Source: Candidatus Latescibacterota bacterium
GTDB lineage: Bacteria > Latescibacterota > CBDEFO01
Assembly: GCA_965237525.1 (NCBI GenBank)
Contig: CBDEFO010000003.1
Location: 160,001 to 224,000, forward strand
Length of the DNA: 64,000 bases
Direction of reading: 5' to 3'
Part shown: one piece after another, positions 22,226-32,242 of the stretch
Layout of the letters: each line of letters begins with the position of its first letter
Numbering within the stretch: the stretch's first letter is position 1
Translations under genes and position numbers: made by a program
The notes under the pieces: model-generated
The model's input: the letters and a program-made list of their open reading frames with translations, nothing else
The model's database searches: none
Told to the model about the DNA's origin: nothing

Positions 22226-22254
22226 AGTATAAGATAGACGGCAGGGAAAGTCAA
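22226..22254 (-). promoter_or_regulatory. Sigma70-type promoter for the grx-trxB fusion
   Basis: TTGACT-17 nt-TATACT. Confidence 0.65.
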
Positions 22255-22433
22255 GAATGAAAATCGGAAGCCAGACACATGAACTACTAAGCGTAAGGAA
22301 AGTCCCATATCTCGGGGCATAGCTCAAGAACGATTATTCTTCAATCACAAATAGATGCGCCGGTGATCTGCTTCGTTCAACCACACAGCGGAAAATCGGC
22401 AAGTATAAGGTTATCCGACTTTCTTCTGCCTGC

Positions 22434-23159
22434 CTAGCCCATCTTGCTCAAGAAATACACCCAAATCACACCTGACGCTGCATAAGGAACCCACAGTCCA
22501 AATACGATGCTTGTCCCCTTGCTCGTGGACATTCTGGCTACAATCCCTATCCCTATTGCCAGGATACAAAGATACCAGATTGTGAAAATATCGATCTTGT
22601 ATGCGACAGCGTACCAGACGGAGTCCTCCATATCGGGTGGCAACAGGAAAGTCAGACTTGTAAGGACCTCCATTGTCCCCTTGTTCAACATCAAAAGTGT
22701 CTTAACGACTGTCTCCACAGTTACTATCAACCAACTGTAAGACACGACTGAAAACATCTGTGTGTAGTTCGTCTTTCCTCCCAGTACCACATTCACCATA
22801 AACAAAAACACAACCGCCTGCACAAGAATCGTAAAGATAACACCTATGCCTCCTCCGACCGCAGTCATCGCACCCATTTGGCCTTCTGCCTGCCACAACT
22901 GCTCTAACATCTCCTGCTTCTGCTCAGAAGACATACTCTCATTCTTCTCAATTGCAACTCTTTGCTGCTCTACCATAAGCGGTCTTAAAGCATTTCCCGC
23001 AGCGATTACCACAATCACAGCAATAAGAAGCGGAACTGCCCAGTCGATCCAATACATTTCATTTCTTACGGCCTCAAACGTCCTTTTAGGCGAGAAGAAA
23101 ACCCCAACTATCCTTGACATCAGCAGAACGTTGTCCCGCTTTGAAGTCTCATCTGACAT
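22434..23159 (-). CDS. Yip1-family membrane protein
   Basis: VFFSPKRTFE motif, about five TM helices, DIFTIW; start uncertain. Confidence 0.75.
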   Translation of the reverse strand: MSDETSKRDNVLLMSRIVGVFFSPKRTFEAVRNEMYWIDWAVPLLIAVIVVIAAGNALRPLMVEQQRVAIEKNESMSSEQKQEMLEQLWQAEGQMGAMTAVGGGIGVIFTILVQAVVFLFMVNVVLGGKTNYTQMFSVVSYSWLIVTVETVVKTLLMLNKGTMEVLTSLTFLLPPDMEDSVWYAVAYKIDIFTIWYLCILAIGIGIVARMSTSKGTSIVFGLWVPYAASGVIWVYFLSKMG

Positions 23160-23264
23160 AAATGAATTACCCCATTTGATTATCTTGGATTCCAAAAACG
23201 ACAGAATTGGGATCGCTTCGCTTTGCTTTTATGACGTTGCTTGCCTTTTGCCTTCCGTGCACTT

Positions 23265-23954
23265 TCACGTACCACCCTCAAACAATATAACGTGAACCTC
23301 CTTGGGACCGTGCACACCTGTAGCTAAAGTAAGCTCAATATCCGCAGTCTTACTTGGCCCCGTAATGAAATTTATGCAGTTCGGTGTATTTTGGACGAGT
23401 CCTTCATCCTTAAAAACGGCAAAAAGATCGAAAAGATCGGGGACCACCTGTTTTGGCTCCACAAACGCAACGTGAATCGGAGGAAGGAGGCTCACAGAAC
23501 GTCCTCTGTGGGAATCTGACACCAACACCAGTGTCCCTGTCTCGCCGACAGCCCAATCTACGTCTGAAATCCCCATGTCCGCGTTGAACATTATCTCATC
23601 TTTGTTATCGTCACCCTTTAGTTGGTCCCACCTCCATATTTTAACGCCATTGGCCTTTAAGGCACCCTCCGTTTCCAACCTATCCCAAAGCGGGAAATCC
23701 CACCTGATAATGGACTCGACTTTACTTTCTTTTATGATTTTCAGCATCACATCCATGGTCTCATCCCTATCCTTCGTTCTATAGACCCTCATCCCCACCT
23801 TTTGTGCCTCAGACGCAAAATGTTCTAAAATGTCGTCTCCCGCTCCCAGGTAGCCCGCGTTTTCATCCACATTGTGATCGTGATCGTAGTCGAATGTCCC
23901 CCTGCTCAAAGCCCTCTTCACTCTGGCTAAAAACATGTCCTTAGACGTGCTCAC
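23265..23954 (-). CDS. lutC: Lactate utilization protein C (LUD domain)
   Basis: AVGETGTLV...SLLPPIH...ITGPSKTADIELTL..GVHGP. Confidence 0.9.
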   Translation of the reverse strand: MSTSKDMFLARVKRALSRGTFDYDHDHNVDENAGYLGAGDDILEHFASEAQKVGMRVYRTKDRDETMDVMLKIIKESKVESIIRWDFPLWDRLETEGALKANGVKIWRWDQLKGDDNKDEIMFNADMGISDVDWAVGETGTLVLVSDSHRGRSVSLLPPIHVAFVEPKQVVPDLFDLFAVFKDEGLVQNTPNCINFITGPSKTADIELTLATGVHGPKEVHVILFEGGT

Positions 23955-23971
23955 CTTTTAATCCTCACCGA

Positions 23972-24745
23972 TTAAAATCGTTCAAAGACGAGTTGCCGCA
24001 ACCCCCATTCAATCTCGCTGGTTTCATTTTCATTCGTTGTCATCTTTTTCAAGTCATCTTCCAACCCAGCAATCATCTCCCTCGCATTACTGTCTCGAAT
24101 GGAAGGCTGATGCTTCCAGGACTGGATATTCATATAGAACATTGTAGCTGCTTGATGTCTCGAAACGGACAAGCGTCTTACCTGACTCGATCGTTTCTTC
24201 AGGAGATCTGTTCTCTCCAGACTGTTTAAGATCGGCCCTATATAAAGCTGATTCGATTGATCCACCAGCATGGCCTCAACTATATCAAGATAGATAGTGA
24301 ATATATCATTCTTGGTATGAATCCACTCTACCTCTTCTATAAGCAAGAGGCCCTTGTGTTGCAACTGAGAAGCCCATTTTTCGATAATGTAGAAAGGATC
24401 CTTTAAATGAGTTAGTAGATAGCGGCAATAGAGAAAATCGCTTGGCCCCACGGGGAATGGCAGGGAGGTGATGTCATGAAGATAGAATGTGACCTTATCT
24501 GTCTTGCCCTGTTCTGCCAAGGAAATGAAATGTGCTGAGTTATCAAGCCCCACAGCCTGTCTACACCCAGTAAGCTTTGCTAAAAAGTGAGTTGTATAAC
24601 CTGGGCCACATCCCAGGTCTAAAGCTAATTGGGGCCGATAGTTGATCACATCAACAATGAAATCTTGTGTCGTTTCGGCATATACTTCAGCGAGATATTT
24701 AAGTCGCTGAGCTGCTAATTCCGTGTCTGTAAATAGGTATTTCAC
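23972..24745 (-). CDS. Class I SAM-dependent methyltransferase
   Basis: LDLGCGPG motif I, GLDNS motif II. Confidence 0.85.
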   Translation of the reverse strand: MKYLFTDTELAAQRLKYLAEVYAETTQDFIVDVINYRPQLALDLGCGPGYTTHFLAKLTGCRQAVGLDNSAHFISLAEQGKTDKVTFYLHDITSLPFPVGPSDFLYCRYLLTHLKDPFYIIEKWASQLQHKGLLLIEEVEWIHTKNDIFTIYLDIVEAMLVDQSNQLYIGPILNSLERTDLLKKRSSQVRRLSVSRHQAATMFYMNIQSWKHQPSIRDSNAREMIAGLEDDLKKMTTNENETSEIEWGLRQLVFERF

Positions 24746-24799
24746 TAAAAATCATCTGATTATGATGGCGCTTAACCACTGGTATCCGTAATTATCCTT

Positions 24800-25117
24800 C
24801 TATCGCTTGAGTTTCTTTATTTCCATTGCCAAAATCAGCAGACCTAATCCCAGAATGATCGTTCCCACGATGCTATGGAAATAGCTGATCCGGGCGTGGA
24901 AAGCTCCGGCCGACTCACCCCAGGGGACGCTCATTTGGCCGGCAGCTATTTTATAAAACACATTATCTATCCCAGAACCTATCACATCCGTCCACACTAT
25001 ATAGACCACAAAGAGTATAAGTCCCTTGAGACGCAGTGTAGCGTAAGCCCAGATAGCCGTCGCCAGAAGAGCGATCTTCAATATAAGGACCACAATTGCT
25101 ATTACAGAGTCGAACAT
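24800..25117 (-). CDS. Small membrane protein (about 3 TM), unknown function
   Basis: MFDSVIAIVVLILK...; the upstream extension in the ORF track is repeat DNA. Confidence 0.6.
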   Translation of the reverse strand: MFDSVIAIVVLILKIALLATAIWAYATLRLKGLILFVVYIVWTDVIGSGIDNVFYKIAAGQMSVPWGESAGAFHARISYFHSIVGTIILGLGLLILAMEIKKLKR

Positions 25118-25150
25118 AGCATCTACCCCCTTAATAAGTAAACAGTAATC

Positions 25151-25267
25151 AGTAGACAGGAGCCCATCCTCCCCCCTACGACCGTCATTGCGAGCAAAGC
25201 GAAGCAATCTCGTAGACAGTAGACGGGGAGGAGTAGGCATGCCCTGTCTACTAACTACTGTCTACTA
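25151..25267. repeat. Cluster of family A repeats and a CGTC-type REP at the lutB 3' end
   Basis: agtagacaggagccc...; cgtcattgcgagcaaagcgaagcaatctc; gtagacagtagac...ccctgtctactaactactgtctac. Confidence 0.85.
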
Positions 25268-26659
25268 TTTTATATCTTTCCACATTGCTCGAAACGGCTT
25301 TTTAGCAAATGCCGGAAAATCCCTCTTATCCGTCCAACCTGAAATTGGTAGTGGGAGCCGTTTTATCCATCCGTCCTGCGAAAACAGGTCAAAAAGGAGT
25401 CTGGAAGCCCATGAGCCCAGACGATAAAGGACGCTTGAGGACAGGCCCATCGCCCACAGCTTAAATATGAACCTTTCGCCCCAGGATGCGATCTTCCTCT
25501 TTACAAGCTGATTCCTCCACGTAATAAGCATCCTTGGAATCTGTATTCCCACAGGGCAGACATCCTGACACGCACCGCATAGAGAAGAAGCATGCGGAAG
25601 TTCAAAGAACTCCTCATCTCCTTCGTAAAACGGGGTCAGCACTGAACCTATCGGTCCCGAATAGACGCCTCCATAGGCGTGACCTCCGACTTTTCCGTAC
25701 ACAGGACAGACGTTAAGACACGCCCCGCACCTTATGCAATATAAAGACTCTCTAAAAGGGCTCCCCAAGATCTGCGACCTGCCGTTGTCCATAACGATAA
25801 GATGAAACTCTTTTGCGCCGTCCAACTCATCCGGAGCCTTAGGACCGGTTACAAAAGATACATATATCGACATCTTTTGACCGGTTGCACTCCTGTTTAC
25901 AAGCTTTAAGAACACAGGAACGTCTTCCAACTTCGGTAGAACCTTTTCCATGCCCATAATCGCTACGTGAACGTCAGGCAGAGTCATGGTCATCCTGGCG
26001 TTCCCCTCGTTCGTGATGACCAAAACCGTCCCTGTCTCGGCGATAGCGAAGTTCACTCCCGTGATCCCCATATCGGCGTTTTTGAATTTTTCCCTCAGAA
26101 CTTTCCTCGCTTGGCCTGCGATCGCATCGGCTAAAGGGGGAAATTCTTCTCCAAATTCTTGAGAAAATAGCTCTGCAGTCTGTTCCTTCGTCTTGTGGAT
26201 CATAGGAGCCACAAGATGAGATGGTCGCTCCCCCGCAAGCTGAATGACGAAATCCCCAAGATCTGTCTCTGAAACCTCAACTCCCACACTCTCCAAAGCT
26301 CCGTTGAGTTCGATCTCTTCGGTCGTCATAGACTTCGATTTCACCACAGACTTGATTTTCTTCTCTTTAGCTATCTCAACGACAATCTTCCTCGCCTCAT
26401 CGGCATCTGAGGCCCAGTGGACAACTCCCCCGGCACGAGACACATTTTTTTCAAGCTCATCTAAATATCTATCCAGACCCTCGATAGTCTTCCTCTTAAT
26501 CTCCCTTGCCCTCTTAACCAAGGCCTTCCCGTCGGGAATCTCAGCAAAGGACTTTATCCTCCCATCCACAAACTTATCAGTCGCTCTCTTTACCGCAACC
26601 TGAAGAAGCTCGTCCTTGATAGCTTCTGAGCTTTCCTGTGTAAAGTTATGTCTGTTCAA
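25265..26659 (-). CDS. lutB: Lactate utilization protein B (Fe-S)
   Basis: KSKSMTTEEI, ETDLG, CIRCGACLNVCPVY, SSLCGACQDVCPVGI. Confidence 0.93.
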   Translation of the reverse strand: MNRHNFTQESSEAIKDELLQVAVKRATDKFVDGRIKSFAEIPDGKALVKRAREIKRKTIEGLDRYLDELEKNVSRAGGVVHWASDADEARKIVVEIAKEKKIKSVVKSKSMTTEEIELNGALESVGVEVSETDLGDFVIQLAGERPSHLVAPMIHKTKEQTAELFSQEFGEEFPPLADAIAGQARKVLREKFKNADMGITGVNFAIAETGTVLVITNEGNARMTMTLPDVHVAIMGMEKVLPKLEDVPVFLKLVNRSATGQKMSIYVSFVTGPKAPDELDGAKEFHLIVMDNGRSQILGSPFRESLYCIRCGACLNVCPVYGKVGGHAYGGVYSGPIGSVLTPFYEGDEEFFELPHASSLCGACQDVCPVGIQIPRMLITWRNQLVKRKIASWGERFIFKLWAMGLSSSVLYRLGSWASRLLFDLFSQDGWIKRLPLPISGWTDKRDFPAFAKKPFRAMWKDIK

Positions 26660-26715
26660 GTATAGCTCCCAGCAAACAAGCAGACAGTAGACGGGGGCAC
26701 CTCACCCCTCCCTGT

Positions 26716-27456
26716 CTACTCTTTAGTTGACTCTACACCTCTCCCTTTTACTAAAAGCTCCGCAATATGCATTACCCTTGTCTCGATCCCCCTTCTTTTC
26801 AATCCTCCTGCTAAATTCATCATACAGCCCGCATCGTTTGCAATTACCACTCCTGCCTTACATCCCGCAATCGAGTCAGTCTTATCCTTCAACATAGCAC
26901 CGGAGATCTCGGGGTACCTCACGGAGAACGCCCCACCGAATCCACAGCATCTATCCATTCCCTCCATCTGGATGTACTCTGCGCCTTTCACGCACTCTAT
27001 CAATCTGACCGACTCATCGGTAAGACCTATTGCCCTTTGATGGCAGGAAAAATGATAGGTCACCTTCCCTTCAAAGTGCGCATTCACATCCTCAACACCG
27101 AGGACATTTACCAGAAAATCGGCAAATTCATAGCACTTTTTCCCCAACTCTTCGGCTTCTCTTTTCATCCTGTCGTCGTCCTCAAAGAGCAGAGGATAGT
27201 ACTCCTTCACCATAGCGACGCACGACCCCGAAGGAGCCACGACATACTCACTCTTTTCAAAGACCCTTATCATCCTCTTGGCAAGCCTTCTCGTCTCATC
27301 CCAAAAACCGTTGTTGAAAGCGGGCTGACCGCAGCACGTCTGGCCCTTTGGAAAATCCACGTCCACGCCCAGGCCCTTCAGCACTTTTACAGAGCACACT
27401 CCTGCCTGAGGATAGAACAGATCAGCCAGACAAGTGATAAAAAGCGAGACTTTCAA
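26716..27456 (-). CDS. lutA: Lactate utilization protein A (CCG domains)
   Basis: FITCLAD, QTCCGQP, SGSC, CCGFGG. Confidence 0.92.
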   Translation of the reverse strand: MKVSLFITCLADLFYPQAGVCSVKVLKGLGVDVDFPKGQTCCGQPAFNNGFWDETRRLAKRMIRVFEKSEYVVAPSGSCVAMVKEYYPLLFEDDDRMKREAEELGKKCYEFADFLVNVLGVEDVNAHFEGKVTYHFSCHQRAIGLTDESVRLIECVKGAEYIQMEGMDRCCGFGGAFSVRYPEISGAMLKDKTDSIAGCKAGVVIANDAGCMMNLAGGLKRRGIETRVMHIAELLVKGRGVESTKE

Positions 27457-27486
27457 TCTATCTCCCGTTCAGTTTTAAAGTCTAAG

Positions 27487-27643
27487 CTACTGCCTCATAA
27501 ACGACCTTAGATACTTCACCTCCTGCGGGCCAGCAGCCTTAGCGGGCTCGTTTTTCCCTCTAACGCTATTGACACAAATCCGTTGTAGCACACGTTCCGC
27601 AATAGTGGGAATATCCTGTCATAATCTAAGACCTCATCTTTTC
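27487..27643 (-). pseudogene. C-terminal remnant of a sugar-phosphate isomerase/epimerase-like gene
   Basis: LDYDRIFPLLRNVCYNGFVSIALEGK, frameshift, ...EVKYLRSF*; no N-terminal part. Confidence 0.5.
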
Positions 27644-28516
27644 TTAAGACCTTATCTTTTCTAAATTTGCGTCCTCCAGTCCCCTTGAAAACATGTACAT
27701 TCCTCCAGAAAAAACAAACGCGGCTGTGCTCACAAGGGAAAGCGGAGTGTGAACGACCTCCTCTGTGCAAGGAATAACATTGTAACCTGGGATAGCGAAC
27801 GAATCCCCAGCATTTAAGAGCACTATCGGAAGGAGATTGAACAGACCGTGAGCCAGAATCGAAGGGAACACCGAATTTGCCTTCAAAGCTATAAATCCCA
27901 GGGTCAACCCCGCCGGAAATGCTCCGAAAGCTTGCCAGGGAATCATGTGAAACACGGCGAAAAATAGGCTCGCATAGAAAACCCCTTTGAGTCTACCCCT
28001 ATTCTTAACCAGTCCGTATTGGAAGAGTCCTCTGAACAACAGTTCCTCTCCCACAGGAGCCACAATGGAAAAGAAAAATACCAGTTCCAGAACCCCTGTC
28101 CAGCTATTTGCTGTCATAAGGTCCATAAACATCTGGGTCACAAAATCGGGCGCAGGGAAAAACTCCTGTATTATATTATCCACTTCGCTTATCAACACCG
28201 ATAAAGACAAGGAGATAAGCACTACGGGCCAAAGTATCCTCAATGGAAATTCTCTTAAGCCCAAAACCTCCCAAACCGTCGCATGACCCCTTTTTCTCAA
28301 GCCCAAACCGATCAAGAAAGCTATAGTCCCCAAGCTGATCAGCAGAAGCTTCAGGTCATCCGTCAGAACAGGAATAGGGAAAAGCATCAACCCCAGTACG
28401 GTAGATGCACCCCAACCTATAAATATGAGAAATATGCAGTTTGATACGTCAGGATAGACTTTATCTCTAACTTCCACCATCGGTCTATCTTCACCAGTAT
28501 CCCTGTCCTCGTCCAA
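27644..28516 (-). CDS. CPBP (CAAX/Abi) intramembrane metalloprotease
   Basis: EELLFRG, FAVFH, AHGLFN motifs; multiple TMs. Confidence 0.9.
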   Translation of the reverse strand: MDEDRDTGEDRPMVEVRDKVYPDVSNCIFLIFIGWGASTVLGLMLFPIPVLTDDLKLLLISLGTIAFLIGLGLRKRGHATVWEVLGLREFPLRILWPVVLISLSLSVLISEVDNIIQEFFPAPDFVTQMFMDLMTANSWTGVLELVFFFSIVAPVGEELLFRGLFQYGLVKNRGRLKGVFYASLFFAVFHMIPWQAFGAFPAGLTLGFIALKANSVFPSILAHGLFNLLPIVLLNAGDSFAIPGYNVIPCTEEVVHTPLSLVSTAAFVFSGGMYMFSRGLEDANLEKIRS

Positions 28517-28725
28517 GATTTAACCTCCTGTAAGTGCTATTGTTCCGACCTATCATATTTATAAGATCTGGGAGATATTTGGATACTGGAGCCGAACAGA
28601 CTGAGGCTTGTCTAAAGATAGAAAGATGAGAACCTTGCAGATGAACTGCCAGATGAACTGATAAAGGAACAGAGCCATTTCCGTAAGATCTGGCAGGGCA
28701 GATAAAAGAGAAACTACAAAGGCTA

Positions 28726-29448
28726 TCACCTGGTCTGGATCGTCCCCTCGTGGATATCGATCTCGTCCCTGTTCCTTACCCGGTCAATAGCTCCATCTCT
28801 CAGATCAACTACCCTGTCGGAGGCTACTAACATCTTGTGGTCGTGAGTGTTAGTTACAACTGTCGTTCCAATTTCCTTACTCATCTCCTTCAACGATTCG
28901 ATGATCTCGGCGCCCGTTTGGAGATCCAGATTTCCCGTGGGCTCATCCGCCAGGATGATCTTGGGATCGTTAGCCATAGCCCTTGCAATAGCGACGCGCT
29001 GTTGCTGGCCGCCTGATAGCTCAAAGGGTTTATGGTGCAGGCGATCTCCAAGTCCCACTTGTTCAAGCTTCCGAGCTGCTTTCCGGTCATATTCCTCCCT
29101 GCTTAACCCGGCAAAGACCATAGGAAGTGATACATTTTCCAGCGCCGTCATAACGGGAATCAGGTTGAACGTCTGGAAGATATAGCCGATGCTGTGACAG
29201 CGAAGGTATGCAATATGGTATTGATCGAGGCCGCCGATGTCCGCCCCACCGATGAGCACCTTCCCTTTTGACGGTCGGTCCAGCGCACCGATCATGTTGA
29301 ACAGAGTAGTCTTTCCTGAGCCGGAAGGACCCATAATAGAAAGATATTCCCCCTGATACACCGTAAGATCGATACCCTTTAAAGCGTCCAGCTTAACGTC
29401 GCCCATTGTATATGTCTTCCACACATCATAAATTTCTATGATATTCAT
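28726..29448 (-). CDS. ABC transporter ATP-binding protein (LolD/MacB-like)
   Basis: GPSGSGKT, LSGGQQQR, ADEPTGNLD; ATG 29448 behind AGGAGG. Confidence 0.9.
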   Translation of the reverse strand: MNIIEIYDVWKTYTMGDVKLDALKGIDLTVYQGEYLSIMGPSGSGKTTLFNMIGALDRPSKGKVLIGGADIGGLDQYHIAYLRCHSIGYIFQTFNLIPVMTALENVSLPMVFAGLSREEYDRKAARKLEQVGLGDRLHHKPFELSGGQQQRVAIARAMANDPKIILADEPTGNLDLQTGAEIIESLKEMSKEIGTTVVTNTHDHKMLVASDRVVDLRDGAIDRVRNRDEIDIHEGTIQTR

Positions 29449-29563
29449 GTTCTCCTCCTTGACGTTTTTCAACAGATGAAAATAACGGTAAAAGTTCAGT
29501 AGGGATCTCTAAAGGACATCATTTCAGCGTAGCGCCAAGGTAAGCCTTTTCCCAAAAAGTGTG

Positions 29564-29625
29564 GCGGGACAGACATTCCTGTCTGACATGGATACTTTGA
29601 GGACAGACAAGAATTCCTGTCCTAC
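29564..29625. repeat. REPIN-like inverted pair of GTAG-type REPs
   Basis: gcgggacagacattcctgtctgac ... gacagacaagaattcctgtcctac. Confidence 0.7.
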
Positions 29626-29646
29626 TTTTGGTATCCCGAGCCCCTA

Positions 29647-29700
29647 AAGGGACGGGAGAGGTGCCCCTGTCTACCCCCATAGATTCAATCAGAGGTCTAC
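29647..29700. repeat. Family A repeat plus degenerate palindrome B between gtctac direct repeats
   Basis: aagggacgggagaggtgcccct-gtctac-ccccatagattcaatcagag-gtctac. Confidence 0.75.
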
Positions 29701-29710
29701 GCTTTGCTGT

Positions 29711-29953
29711 CTACCTGATTTCTCCGTCGTATCCTCTTTTTGCCCTCCTGACGATCACAAAATACAAGATGATGCCCACAAAGAGTCCGAGCACATAGAG
29801 CCCCGTCGCGCCGACGCTTTCGGTAAAATGTTTTACTGCCATTCCGCCGACGAACATCGGAATTACGGTGATCATTATCTTTGCAGTCGAATCGCCAAAT
29901 TTCGGAGCCAGGTATCCGATCAGGCCGAAGGTGATCGAAGCGATTATGATCAT
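29711..29953 (-). CDS. Small membrane protein (3 TM), unknown function
   Basis: Three hydrophobic segments and a basic tail. Confidence 0.55.
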   Translation of the reverse strand: MIIIASITFGLIGYLAPKFGDSTAKIMITVIPMFVGGMAVKHFTESVGATGLYVLGLFVGIILYFVIVRRAKRGYDGEIR

Positions 29954-30192
29954 TTTCTTTTATTCCCAGAAGGGGATCTGGCGGACTGTCTTTTAAGTCT
30001 TTGATTCACAATGTAAGGATGAGGAATATAGCGGCGCAGATATTCGAGCGCCCTCAATAGAGCGCGTTCTTTTCGCTCATTCTGGAGGGACTCTTGCTGT
30101 TCTTCAATACCTTTACCCTTCTTGCCTTTCGAAGATAACATTGCAACGTCCCTTTCGCTGTGAACGTTTTTCTCAATTAAAAAGCCTTTCAA
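29950..30192 (-). CDS. Short basic hypothetical protein
   Basis: Fills the gap between co-oriented genes, 4-nt overlap with the downstream ORF; no motif. Confidence 0.3.
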   Translation of the reverse strand: MKGFLIEKNVHSERDVAMLSSKGKKGKGIEEQQESLQNERKERALLRALEYLRRYIPHPYIVNQRLKRQSARSPSGNKRK

Positions 30193-31087
30193 TAGAGTCC
30201 AGCATTTCGCGCGCGTCTTCGTATCCCATATTCAGCGTTTCGACTATCTTTTTTCGGTCCTTCGTTATTTTACCTGCAGGCGGCTTAGCCTTGGGACGCA
30301 ATACTACGGTACTTTTTTCACCTCCATTCGGCAGTAGAGTCCCAGCCTCTCGTTGAGATATGTAATTAATCGTTTCATTGTACATAATGTGTCTGTTCTG
30401 TATGGCCCTCATAACCCCAACCGATGCGTTCTTGAAGTAATTTCTAAATATCAAGAGTTCTGCATCTGATAGTCTCTTCTTCTTGTACCCCTTCATCTGT
30501 GTCAGTACAATAAGAAGGTGTGTGCATCCCAAGTCCAGGGCCTTCTTGACGGGTATGACGTCGGCTATGCCTCCATCTGTGTAGAAGGCTCCATCTATTT
30601 CAACTTCCGAGGGACAGGCTCCCGGAAGCGAAAGACAGGCGTAGATTACCTTAAGCAGATCCTCACTTCGGTTTGTGAAATATACCGGTTCTCCCGTCCG
30701 TGCATCGGCAACAGTAAAAAAGCATTCGATGTTGGAGCCCTTGACCTCCTCAAGGCGAAGGGGAACCCTCTCGGCAAAGACTTTATAGACCAGGTAATCC
30801 AGGTTCAGCAGGGGATATTCTTTGTATCTTTGCGTAAGACCGCAGATCAGATTGGAATATCTGACGAATCTGTCCCCGTGCAGGTGGTTCTCCCATATTT
30901 CGACCATGTCATCGTACTGCCCGCTGGAAAAGTAGGCCAAAGTAGGGACGCTTGATGACGTCGCAAAGGCATAGTTAAACCCTGTAAGACCATTTTGGGA
31001 AAGGGCCTTCAAGACGCCGACGACGTACGCGCCTCTGAGCCCGCCGCCTTCCAAGACTAAACCGATTCTTTTGGTCGAATCGTTCAT
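30173..31087 (-). CDS. Patatin-like phospholipase
   Basis: LEGGGLRG loop, ATSSS at the nucleophile elbow, DGG. Confidence 0.85.
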   Translation of the reverse strand: MNDSTKRIGLVLEGGGLRGAYVVGVLKALSQNGLTGFNYAFATSSSVPTLAYFSSGQYDDMVEIWENHLHGDRFVRYSNLICGLTQRYKEYPLLNLDYLVYKVFAERVPLRLEEVKGSNIECFFTVADARTGEPVYFTNRSEDLLKVIYACLSLPGACPSEVEIDGAFYTDGGIADVIPVKKALDLGCTHLLIVLTQMKGYKKKRLSDAELLIFRNYFKNASVGVMRAIQNRHIMYNETINYISQREAGTLLPNGGEKSTVVLRPKAKPPAGKITKDRKKIVETLNMGYEDAREMLDSIERLFN

Positions 31088-31093
31088 AGATCT

Positions 31094-32146
31094 CTATTTT
31101 TGATAAAGCTTCACAGCCTGCCCCGTCCGCGCCGATCGATAAGCCGCTTCCACTACTTCCACCACATCCAGGCCATGGGTTGCGGGCGATAAGGGCTCCG
31201 CTTTCCCAAGTATGACATCCAGGAAATTGGCCACCGGCCCCTCCACCTGCCTCATATCCGATTCTTCGAGCGTCACCGGGGACGATCCGGACTTTTGGAA
31301 CGTAACTCTAAAGGGGAGTCCCTCTACCTCAAGGGTGCCTTCAGAACCGAAGTAGCTCTTCTGCACTCTGCGGTCGATTATTTCGCTATCTCCTACTCCC
31401 AGAATAGAACAGATCGAACCGTTCTCCATTTTCATAGATACGGCAGAACGCATATCCATATCCGGATTGTCCATAAAGGCGTAAACTTCCACTGGCCTTA
31501 GGCCGGTCGTCCACAGAACCTCCGAAACAAGGTGCGAAGCGCCGTCTATGAAGTACCCTCCGCCGCTCAAGGAGGAATCGGCTCTGTAGAGCGTAGGAGG
31601 GACGACTCCCGGAAGCGATTCGGGAGCAGGGACCTTTCCGAAGACATGTCCTACGTTGCCCATCCAACTTAACTCTAGAGCCTCTATCTTTCCTAACTCG
31701 CCAGATTCAATAAGCTCCTTAACATACTTTGTATGAGCCCCGTAAGGGGGATTCAGAGCCACTATAAGAACTGATCCCATCCCATCTGAAAGCTCTACGA
31801 GCCTTTTGGCTTCATCAGAGGTTAAGGTCATCGGCTTTTCTAATAAAACGTGCAGGCCTCCTTCCAGGGCTAATACCGTCTGTTCGTAGTGCAGCGATGG
31901 AGGCGTGACGATCACAACAGCGTCCATTTCCACCGACTCGATCATCTCTTTGTAATCGGTGAATGTGCGCTCCACACCGAAGTGATCGGCCATCTTTTTG
32001 AGCTGAACCTCGCTGCGCCGGCAGATAGCCACAATCTCGGCATCTTGCGATGCTGCAAGGTCAGGCATATGCCTCCTTGAGGCGAACCATCCCGCTCCGA
32101 TCACCCCTATCTGCAATTTCCGCTCCGTGCTCATAAGAGAAGGCAT
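31094..32146 (-). CDS. Gfo/Idh/MocA oxidoreductase
   Basis: GVIGAGW Rossmann motif, HVLLEKP, GGGYFIDGASH. Confidence 0.92.
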   Translation of the reverse strand: MPSLMSTERKLQIGVIGAGWFASRRHMPDLAASQDAEIVAICRRSEVQLKKMADHFGVERTFTDYKEMIESVEMDAVVIVTPPSLHYEQTVLALEGGLHVLLEKPMTLTSDEAKRLVELSDGMGSVLIVALNPPYGAHTKYVKELIESGELGKIEALELSWMGNVGHVFGKVPAPESLPGVVPPTLYRADSSLSGGGYFIDGASHLVSEVLWTTGLRPVEVYAFMDNPDMDMRSAVSMKMENGSICSILGVGDSEIIDRRVQKSYFGSEGTLEVEGLPFRVTFQKSGSSPVTLEESDMRQVEGPVANFLDVILGKAEPLSPATHGLDVVEVVEAAYRSARTGQAVKLYQK

Positions 32147-32242
32147 TGAGGCTGTCCCCTCTATCTGAAAGAGAGGTTTCCCATGCTCCTTTCCTGCAAA
32201 TACTACTGTCCCCGTTAGTAGGGGAAGACGCGAGCGTCTACC

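Noticed and set aside
28517..28725. Direct repeat cagatgaactg x2 and a possible small gene remnant
   Set aside because: Too short, with no start or recognisable family.
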